This document shows positions 54,688-64,000 of a DNA stretch of 64,000 nucleotides, piece by piece. Below the pieces are notes generated by a model, which was not told the origin of the DNA, searched no databases, and saw only the letters and a list, made by a program, of their open reading frames with translations. The stretch is taken from positions 51,088,001 to 51,152,000 of the forward strand of contig NC_043013.1 of assembly GCF_006345805.1 (NCBI RefSeq). Reading direction: 5' to 3'. Both the position numbers and the translations under genes were made by a program. Every line of letters starts with the position of its first letter. The first letter of the stretch is position 1. Source of the DNA: Octopus sinensis. Taxonomy: Eukaryota.

Positions 54688-55530
54688 ACAAGCAAAAGGG
54701 TCATGTTTTGTGGCCAACGACGTATAGCATCGTTCGATAATCTGATCGATCACGTGATCGGGGCAGAGACTGCTGTCCGTCAGTGCGAGGCCCGTGAGGT
54801 AGAGTGGCTGTCCCAGAGCATTTCCTTCGTTACCCTCCGGAGCAACACCTGCTTCATTTTATCTGCTGGTGCCATGAGAAATGTTTCTATAATGTGAGAG
54901 GCAAGAATATCCGTTAACCTGACTCCATAAGGCCAGTCCGTTGTTGCCACTTCGCCGTCCCCCATCCCGCTGTTTCTGCTGCCAGTACTTTTACGAAATA
55001 GTAGATGAAGGATGTCAATAGGTTAAAACAAAAGAAATATATTGAAATAAAATTGCTTCTTTTAATAAGTACGCCATATTGATGTTGTTTTGTACAGACA
55101 CAGGATTATTTTACGGATACGATTTTTAGAAACACATGTTTATGGCTAGAAACGAAACACGTAAAGTACAAACCTATCTTTAATCCTTCTGTGTATGAAA
55201 TGATTTTTATCTCTCAGGGCATTGGACAATTTAATTCAGGCAAGTATATTTCATTAATTTATATATTTTCTTTCAAATTACATAAATGTCATGTTTATCG
55301 ATCTGTATTTTCGCTACATGGGCGGATATATATATATATTATATATATATATATAATATATATACCCATATATATATATATATATGTACAAATGCATACA
55401 TATGTGTACGCACACATACGCTATACATATATATATATATATGCGTGCATGCATGTGCGTGATATATATATATATAAATCTATTTATACATACGCGCGCG
55501 CACACACGTTTGATAGAAGGAAAAATGTAG

Positions 55531-55565
<35 letters not shown>

Positions 55566-55754
55566 CGATATTTAATCACCAGAAGTTACAATGTGACTCA
55601 TGAGTCAAGAGTTTCGTGCATGCCACTCCTCGAACTGGCTTCAAAATTCGGGGCCCGTTTTCTATATATCTAATTACACTTATAAAATCTCGGCCCTGAG
55701 TCACTTTCTAAGCTATACCAATTAATAATAATAATAATAATGATGATGATGATA

Positions 55755-55785
<31 letters not shown>

Positions 55786-55801
55786 GTGTGTGGTGTGTGT
55801 G

Positions 55802-55833
<32 letters not shown>

Positions 55834-56190
55834 CTATGGTTTCCTATGGCAGTGCGTTTGTGACTTTAGTTTAAACTATGACAGTTGTCCCCCCCACCGG
55901 CTTGATAGAAGAGAAATCGTGATTCTTACGGAATGTTCACACAAAAGCAAATAGATTTCAGTATTCATCTGCTTCCTAACTCTAGTATCCGTCTTGTAAA
56001 AATAATATGCCGCACGATTTCCTAGTACAGATGTACGGAATCACAATGTTTCCTCTCTATATCTCCAAATCTATCTGCCTGCCTGCCTGTCTGTCTGTCA
56101 TACTGAAATCCTCTTCTCCGTAGCTTTCTTTATCGCTGTTTTCTATTTTCACTTTCGCTTGATTATATGTAAGCCCCCTCTCTCTCTCTC

Positions 56191-56256
<66 letters not shown>

Positions 56257-56274
56257 TATATATATATATAGGTA

Positions 56275-56800
56275 AACAGTAAAAATAATTACAGACATGG
56301 ACAAGAACATGAAACACCACAGGACACACAGAACCACCGACGGACATTCGAAGCCCTCAGTCATCAGTCAAGAACCAGATCATCTTAGCAATTTCGGCTG
56401 ATTAATCTTGAGATTGCTCCGATATGGGCAGCCCGCCAAGGGAAATCTAAGCCAAGCGCATTAGATCCCCTGGAAGAAAGCTTCGAATGTATACAACACG
56501 AGGACGGAAAACGAACGAAGTACACGAACAAAATACAGAATACGTGACACCATAAGAATACAAAAACGTAAAAACAATAACGGTAAAAATAAAAATAAAC
56601 ACAAAACCAAACGGACGTAGGACAAGGGTCTTTCGACAGGACGAGTTGAGTATGGGGCTGGCTTGTGAAGTTGTGCCTAATGGCCGCAGGGAGACGAACA
56701 AATACGTGTTGCTTCGGCGGCTGCTGGAACGAAAAGAGCGCTCAACAGCGGCTAGCGGTCACGTGAGAACAAAAGACAGGAGAAAGGGACAGATGAAAAG
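56275..56800. repeat. Unclassified interspersed repeat; a fragment recurs inverted at 58262-58360 inside a SINE A
   Basis: GGAGCAATCTCAAGATTAATCAGCC and GGCTTCGAATGTCC shared in opposite orientations. Confidence 0.65.
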
Positions 56801-57072
56801 AGAGAGAAGGTGGACGAGGGAGGAGAAGAAAGATATATATATATATATATAGAAAGAGAGATATATATGTGTGTGTGTATATATGTGTGTGTGTGTGTAT
56901 ATAAATATATATGTATATATGTGTGTGTGATATATATATATATATATGTATTTATATGTGTGATATATACAACACACACACACACACACACACAAAACAC
57001 ACAAGCATATACACGAACATTCACATATACACAACACAGACTTTATTCGCACACGTATATAATGCAAGCATG

Positions 57073-57115
<43 letters not shown>

Positions 57116-57679
57116 GTGTGTGCGTGAGAGAGAGAGAGAGAGAGTTACAATACATAAATACACACACACACATACATAGCATCTATATATACATACATGC
57201 AAATATATATGGTGAACAGCTTCTTTTCTTGTAAAACCTACTAACATACTGAAAACCTCGTCACAACCCTAAACAAACAACGGGTTAACTCCTTAGTTAT
57301 CCACCAGCAAAATAGTAGTCGAAAATTACATGAGGAAATTGTATACGTATCCCTATGTTCACAATTAGGTCCCAAAATCATTGTGGTGAATGTAGCAAGA
57401 ATGGAAAACGTGAAAGGTAACTCCGCATAAACCTGTGACAAAAAACCAGATATGTTGGTTATATATTCTCCATGTAGGACGCAACGGAAAGCGTAAAAAA
57501 GACGAAAACATCAACGCTTTTATGAATTGGGACCTCGAAATTAGTACGGTGAGAGTTTTCTTATCCGGCTTTCAGATATCCGGGAATAATATGCAATACG
57601 TTGCAATATTCTGTGCTCTGTATTGAGTGAACGGACTTTTTTTGAAGGTGGTTAATTTGCATACAATATGTTAAAAATA

Positions 57680-58045
57680 TTGGGTCATCCTATAAATAAT
57701 GCGTTTTTTTTTTCAGTTGGTTTCAATACAAAAGATGTTCCATCAGGATAATGCTTGGCCACATACAGTAAGGATGACATTCCAAAAGCTGGAGTAGTTT
57801 GAATGAGAAACGGTGCCCCACCCACCATATTCACCAGACATTGTCCCGTCTGATCATCACTTATTCCGCAGTCTTCAAAATCATTTGGATTGAAAAAATA
57901 TGAATTCTGTAGATGAGGTCAGAACAGTACTGGAGGAGTATTTTTTGTTACGGACAAGTGAGTTTTGAAAGAGGGGCCTTGCAAGTCTACCAGATAGACA
58001 GATAGAAGAGCATTGAAGAAAATGAAGGAGAGTGTATTTTAGATT
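57680..58045 (+). mobile_element. Internally deleted mariner (DD34D) relic
   Basis: TA|TTGGGTCATCC end joined to FHQDNAWPH...HPPYSPDIVPSDHHLFRSLQNHL, with 34 residues between the catalytic Asp residues. Confidence 0.88.
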
Positions 58046-58057
58046 CAACCCTTTACC

Positions 58058-58381
58058 CTTTTACTCTCTTTCACTTGTTTCAGTCATTTGACTGTGGCCA
58101 TGCTGGACCACCGCATTTAGTCGAGCAAATCGACCCCAGGACTTATTCTTTGTAAGCCCAGTACTTATTCTAATGTTCTCTTTTGCCGAACCGCTAGGTT
58201 ACGGGGACGTAAACACACCAACATCGGTTGTCAAGCGATGTTAGGGGACAAACAGAGACATACAAGCTGGCCAGATTGGAGCAATCTCAAGATTAATCAG
58301 CCAAAATTCGAGGATGATCCGGTTCATGACTGAAGGTTGAAGGCTTCGAATGTCCCGTCCGTATGTTTTTACACACACATA

Positions 58382-58419
<38 letters not shown>

Positions 58420-58582
58420 CGACGGGCTTCTTTCAGTTTCCGTCAACCAAATCCACTCACGAGGCTTTGATCGGCCCGAGGCTATAGTAGAAGGCACTTG
58501 CCCAAGGTGCCACGCTGTGGGACTGAACCCGGAACCATGTGGTTCGTTAGCAAGCTACTTACCACACAGCCACTCCTACGCC
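58058..58582 (-). mobile_element. SINE A, full length, with ~100-bp insertion in its internal microsatellite
   Basis: Collinear with other copies. Confidence 0.9.
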
Positions 58583-59134
58583 TACAAACAAATGCTTCGC
58601 CCGCAGCATTTATTAATATTAATTTTGAAAAATATAAGAAGTATAAAAAGCCGTATTGCTTATAGGATGGCCAAATAGTTTAGTTTCTTACTTTTTAAAT
58701 GTGGATTGATAAAGATTAAACAAACTCTTCTTTACAATTTTATTGTTTTGTGCCCATATTTGTTAAATAAAATCATGTTCTTTACTTTTATTTGTTTAAT
58801 TTATGTCTTGTAAACATATTACCATATGCTCGGTACACGATGATATAATTTAAGAATTTTTCGTGGGTTAAGAGCTATCAAATATATGCTGCTTTTGAAA
58901 TGTATTAATATGTATTTGTTAAATAAAATTTAGTTTTTCACTTTTCATAGTTTGCTTTATATTTTGATCGTGGTTGTGTGGTAAGAAGTTTGCTTCAGAA
59001 TCAATTGGTTCCAGGTTCAGTCCCACACCATGGGATCTTGGGCAGTGTATCCTACAAAAATCCCGGGACGACCAATGCTTTGTGAGCAGATTTGGTTGAC
59101 AGAAATTGAAAGAAGACCGTCGTGTGTCTATATA

Positions 59135-59195
<61 letters not shown>

Positions 59196-59543
59196 TCAGT
59201 TGAATAAGGTACTTAAAATCGAGGCACCTAGTTAGGTCCGGATAAGATGCACACACAATTTTTAGATGAATACCAACCTTGGTATAGAAGTGATAATAAA
59301 ATGATATTTGGGTAATGTATGCAGTCAATTTGACCCTGCTGAGTATATGATCTGCTCTTGAGCTATTCAGACATGTACATTTTATTAAATATCCAGTGCA
59401 TAATATACTTGAAATCACGCGAGGAGCATGTTCTGAGATAGGTGAATTATAAATAAGTAACAGTTGAAAGACAGGTGTGAAAGTCATTACGGCCATTTCT
59501 AACGAATGTTTTAATTGATAAAATTCACGGCACCATGCTTATT

Positions 59544-59592
59544 CAATGATTCTGCCACTAGATCAGTCGCTGAACTAGTGGCAGATTCATTG
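59544..59592. other. 49-nt near-perfect hairpin
   Basis: CAATGA-T-TCTGCCACTAG-A-TCAG tcg CTGA-A-CTAGTGGCAGA-T-TCATTG. Confidence 0.85.
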
Positions 59593-61432
59593 CGTATGCA
59601 TGTTGCCATGGATTCTAAATTATTTTAAATGTTCTTCATTGTGTAATTCGTGTATTTATCTGAAGAAAACATTTTTTATAATGACATAATGCACTCGTTA
59701 ATCGGTTAAAAAATTCGTTAGGAACGGTTGTAATGAATTCACACCTGACCTTCAATTATTACACACACACGCATCTGTGCGTGTGCGTGTGCGTGTGCGT
59801 GTGGTTATGTCTGCGCTTGATCCCCATCACCAACCAGTGTTGGTGTTTTTATGTCCTCGAAATTAGCAGTTCAGCAAAAGAGACCGATAGAATAAACACG
59901 AGGCAATAAGTACTGGGGTCAATTCATTCGACTAAAAATTCTTTAAGGCAGTGCCCCAGCATGGCCACAATATGACTCAAAGAAGTAAAAGGTATATTAA
60001 GACTATCTCATGAAAACCAGGTGGTTCAGAAATCCGGACCACTTCCGTTCCAAACTTGCCGGATGTTTAGCCCGGTACTGTATTACTAACACTCCAGGGG
60101 ATACAGCTTCTCTATTTCTCTATATAGACATTCATAGTGAATACAACCATTGTAACACTAACGTTTATAGCAAAGCCAAGTGTGTACTTGCATAAATGGA
60201 AACTGGATAGTCACAGACACAAAATTTTCAAAGATAATAAGAGCGTTTTGATTCTTTTTCACTGAGGAAGCCGTTGGTTTAGCAATCTTCAGAATAAAAC
60301 AAAGATTAAACAACGCTGTTCTGACTCGTGGAGATAGAAATTCAAATACGATACAATATTTATAGGACGTCTATTAAAATACTGCCTATATTAAAAATAG
60401 ACAAGGCACTCACTTAAAATGCATTAGAAACTTGAGTAAAAGTGCCAGGCTTGTAAAGAAAAGGTACTAAGTACGACCCGTTCTACTAAATTTCTTGAAG
60501 GCTGTGACCCAACATGGCCGCTGTCTAATCACTGAAATAAATATAAGTTAAATGGTAAAAGATATATATGGAAACGGAAGACTAGAGAATTTAGTATATT
60601 TTTTTAGTTCCATGTCGCATGTGGTTCGTTACAGGATAGGAATCAGAAAGTATACATGGAGAAAAATGTATAGAATCTCTTATCTGTAATTTTTCTGACG
60701 AAACTTTAAAAATGATATCAAAATAATATTGTTGTATTTCTGGACGAAATATTACCGGACAACGGACATGAGTTAAAATAAAAAAAAACAGTTATAAATG
60801 AGCGAAGAACGAATATATAGTGTGCGTGTGTGTTTATTTGGGAAAAAATAATGACCACCCCGAAATACAACAATATCTGTTTCATCGCACAGTCCCACAT
60901 CAGGAAACTTGCGATACAAGTTCATAAACATAAAATGATATTATTAACCAGTAATAAAACACGCATAGTAGGGAACAAAAATATGCCAAATTTGTTTACC
61001 AATCCTCTAATCTGTTATGTAATAACTCTGCAGAAAGAGGTCACCAGAAATTTCAAATGCTATACATCTCATTCCAAATAAAGCACACACACGTGTATAT
61101 ATATATATATATATATATCTTAAATCAAAATAAGGTACAGGATATCAGGAGGAGATGCAATTATGACCGTTTCAAGCGGCTCCATTTAATTTAACAATGC
61201 AATCATTACATCAATTTAAATGCAGTGCTATCATCAGGTGCACAAATAAATAGAATTTTAAACGGTTGGGCACAATATAAATTTTCTCAAATACTTTAAC
61301 TGGGCAAGAAGATGGAAGAAATTCATATCGCTATTGTAGCTAAGAAAAGACTACACTTCCAAGAATGGCATGAAGCCCACTTTTTTTAAATATATTTTAT
61401 GGTTTGCTGTTTGCTGAACTAAAGCCTTCAAG

Positions 61433-61476
<44 letters not shown>

Positions 61477-61959
61477 GGGTGCAAAAGTAGGTATACAGTT
61501 ATGAAAAAAGAAAACACGCACAAGACTCATTTTTATCGAAAAAATGATAAATTACGATAAAAATATTATTATAGTTATGATAGATGTATTATGATTAATG
61601 ACACTGAAAATATCAAAAATGAGGCTAATTTTTTATTTGTATGATAAACATGAGTATTGTACGTGTTATACACCTTAGATTAATCGGAACCTTCGGACGT
61701 GCTTCAAGAGAACACGGCGTAGATTAGAAACCCTTTTATACACTGAACACATACACACAGAAATTTATATGTATATATAGAAAGACAGGCAGATATATAG
61801 ATGGATTCATAGACAGATAGATAGATATTTAGGAAACTACTGAAATAGCTGCATTATACAAATATCAAAACGAAGTTAACACACTCGAGTTACCCAGCAA
61901 AGCAGACCATGCGACAATGCTATGTGTTTCGACATTCTACAAAGAAAATTAGAGCGTGA

Positions 61960-61972
61960 GTGAGAGAGTGCA

Positions 61973-62067
<95 letters not shown>

Positions 62068-62070
62068 AAG
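61960..62070. repeat. (GA)n microsatellite
   Basis: Direct inspection. Confidence 0.98.
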
Positions 62071-62538
62071 AAGTAGAGTGGGATGTCAGAGAGCAAAAGT
62101 AAAACGTTTACGAGAAATTAAGAAGATGCGATGAACAGCGACGCCTCTTTCAATCACTTGCATAACAGTTAACTCGCTGCTGACCCCTGCAGATGGATGT
62201 AAGTACGAAGGGCCTAAATCTATTCATATTTAATACGTGCATGTGGCAAGCTGGAGCTCTGACTTGAAGGCTTTAGTTCAGCAGATGAACCTCAAGTCTT
62301 ATTTTGAATCTAGTTCGATTGGTCAATCGATGATGAGACGCTTGTTAACGCGGATGCAGACAAACCAACATTGGTTACCCTCTATGGGTAGAAACAAACA
62401 AAATGACGCACTCACACATACACACACACACACGTATACATGCATAATCAAACAGATAGAAACACACAAACACAGACATACTGACAGACTAACACGCACA
62501 CACACATACATATGCGCACGTTTGTATGCCTGTGTGCG

Positions 62539-62930
62539 CAGGGCCGGATTAGGACCCGTCGAGGCCTTAAGCACTTAAAAGATTTTGGTGCTCCCATAAA
62601 AGATTATGTAATTCAAAATATAAACAACAACACACCATAAAAAAAAACATTTTATTTTTCAAAACGAAACAAAACAATATGAGGGAAAATAATGTTTATT
62701 TTTTTTATAATTCCACTTTATTTAAGTTTGAAAAGTTTCCTCCTACTTTTTGGAATTGCAATGTCTTTGATCAAATCGTCAAAATTAATCTTGGATAACA
62801 CATCCGCATCTATATTATTCTGTAGTGATTTCTTTTGTGCTGTAAACCATTTACCATTTCTGTGGCACCCTCTGCTTCTCTTGATGCATTAAGCACGTGC
62901 TTATTTTGCATAATGGTTAATCCAGTGCTG
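62539..62930 (-). mobile_element. hAT-derived non-autonomous element
   Basis: TIRs CAGGGCCGGATTA/TAATCCAGTGCTG; 8-bp TSD TGTGTGCG/CGTGTGCG (7 of 8 match); minus strand encodes ...KINFDDLIKDIAIPKSRRK, like the end of a hAT dimerisation domain. Confidence 0.85.
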
Positions 62931-63517
62931 CGTGTGCGCGTCTATGATGGTTTGTGTTCTGTACATTATGTAGCGTTAAAAACAACGACCCATCGATCAG
63001 CAGCTGGGATCAGACTGAAGCAAGCAGACCGAGAAACCATTTGAAGAGAACAAATCTTTTGTTTTAAGACCAAAACTGATTGTGGTGGCGGTGGTGGTGG
63101 GGGGTTGTAGCACAAGTTATTGTTTAGTTACGTACTTACGAGTTAAACGTTAATGTTTCCACAGATTATCTCTTTTAAACGAAGCATTAAATGGGAGTTG
63201 AACGAGGAGAATAACAAAAGAAATTTCAAACTAAATGGATTTTATTGAACAAAACTAATTCACAACCTGTTCCACTTTCTCTGTTTATAAGTACACACAC
63301 AAAGACTCACATATAAATATGCATACATATCTATCTATCTATCTATCTACCTACCTATATAGATTTTTGTTTGAGCTGTGTATTAAAATACTTTTGTTTC
63401 TTCGAAGAATCCGTCCACTTTATTTGGTTCAGGATATTTCGATGTTTATATGTTCTGGTTCCAATACGTTTCTGGACTCTCAATCCTTCTACCACATTTT
63501 ACGTGTGCATATATATA

Positions 63518-63888
63518 CTCTTTTACTCTTTTACTTGTTTCAGTCATTTGATTGCGGCCATGCTGGAGCACCGCCTTTAGTCGAGCAAATCGACCCCGGG
63601 ACTTATTCTTTGTAAGCCCAGTACTTATTCTAGCGGTCTCTTTTGTCGAATCGCTAAGTGACGGAGTCGTAAACACACCAGCAAACACACAAACACACAC
63701 ATACATATATATATATACATATATACGACAGGCTTCTTTCAGTTTCCGTCTGCCAAATCCACTCACAAGGCATTGGTCGGCCCGGTGCTTTAGCAGAAGA
63801 CACTTGCCCAAGATGCCACGCAGTGGGACTGAACCGGGAACCATGTGGTTGGTTAGCAAGCTACTTACCACACAGCCACTCCTGCGCC
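63518..63888 (-). mobile_element. SINE A, full length
   Basis: Collinear with 34984-35376. Confidence 0.93.
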
Positions 63889-64000
63889 TATATATATATA
63901 TATCCACCAATGCAGTGTTCAGCACTCATTCCATCGTCCGATATTTAGCCATGTATGTATACGTATATACATTTACACACACAAGAGGTTGTGTAGTAAG

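Noticed and set aside
54700-54965. Protein-like ORFs on both strands (MGDGEVATTDWPYG...)
   Set aside because: The region overlaps an older inverted copy of the family E repeat seen at 542-652; no splice or homology support.

Overview
Repeat-dominated, AT-rich eukaryotic DNA with no host protein-coding gene I can support. The SINE families and microsatellite load look like a cephalopod (octopus-type) genome; this is recognition, not a database result. Almost every ORF in the track is a translation of microsatellite or SINE sequence. Real coding signal is confined to transposon relics: a 5'-truncated CR1-like LINE (36950-39908), a decayed APE-endonuclease LINE 5' part (52890-54245), an RTE fragment (15080-15475), a DD37D and a DD34D Tc1/mariner relic, and a hAT derivative. 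There are also several long-TIR MITEs, Helentron-type non-autonomous elements, at least three tRNA-derived SINE families (my labels A, B, C) and a 100-N gap. Three observations stand out. (1) Hammerhead ribozyme motifs of the Penelope-like-element (PLE) type: a canonical one at 11651-11755 (+), and one at 4946-4991 (-) downstream of a tRNA-like Pol III head, suggesting a PLE-mobilised SINE/ribozyme hybrid. (2) SINE B inserts at GGTA(T/G)T sites, including that motif inside itself, and builds ~184-bp tandem arrays. (3) SINE A and the CR1-like LINE share a 3' tail whose terminal stem-loop shows compensatory base changes.
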